From Candidatus Hermodarchaeota archaeon (GTDB taxonomy: Archaea; Asgardarchaeota; Lokiarchaeia; Sigyniarchaeales; SOKP01): 24,355 bases of DNA. The notes under the pieces are model-generated. The model saw only the letters and a list, made by a program, of their open reading frames with translations, did not search any database and was not told the origin of the DNA. The DNA lies in NCBI GenBank assembly GCA_048885525.1, contig JBHLLP010000043.1:4760-29114 (forward strand), in the 5' to 3' direction. Shown here one piece after another: positions 24,334-24,355 of this stretch; position 1 is the stretch's first letter, and the number at the start of each line of letters is the position of its first letter. A program made the position numbers and the translations under genes.

Positions 24334-24355
24334 AAAAAATTAAAAATAAAGATAG

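Noticed and set aside
1-24355. tRNA, rRNA, integrase, transposase or defence genes
   Set aside because: No GC-rich structured segment, cloverleaf or relevant protein motif was seen, and the intergenic regions are short and AT-rich.

Overview
AT-rich (roughly 30% GC by eye), gene-dense chromosomal window that reads as an Asgard archaeon, most likely Lokiarchaeia. Support for this is a class I LysRS, archaeal-type RBSs and U-tract terminators, a Rag-like small GTPase with a roadblock-type tail, a uDENN/longin protein and a large NosD/PbH1 beta-helix surface protein. About 22 CDSs are supported, mostly for amino-acid, acyl-CoA and acid-sugar catabolism plus transporters. I saw no rRNA, tRNA, CRISPR array or mobile element. 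The best leads are: (1) a Rag-like GTPase convergent with a uDENN/longin protein that has an Arg-rich loop where eukaryotic Rag GAPs carry their arginine finger, with a tightly linked GNAT; (2) two genes, the essential lysS and a Zn-dehydrogenase, whose conserved N-termini have no ATG/GTG/TTG start but do have a well-spaced RBS before GTC or ATT; (3) a thiolase plus a catalytically dead HMG-CoA-synthase/DUF35 fusion (PhlA/B/C-like architecture) divergent from tyrosine phenol-lyase; (4) an unannotated 38-codon ORF ending in Tyr-stop on top of the tpl RBS; (5) a stand-alone GlnD-like HD hydrolase coupled to a serine racemase/dehydratase-type enzyme. All family calls come from motif recognition by eye, not database searches.
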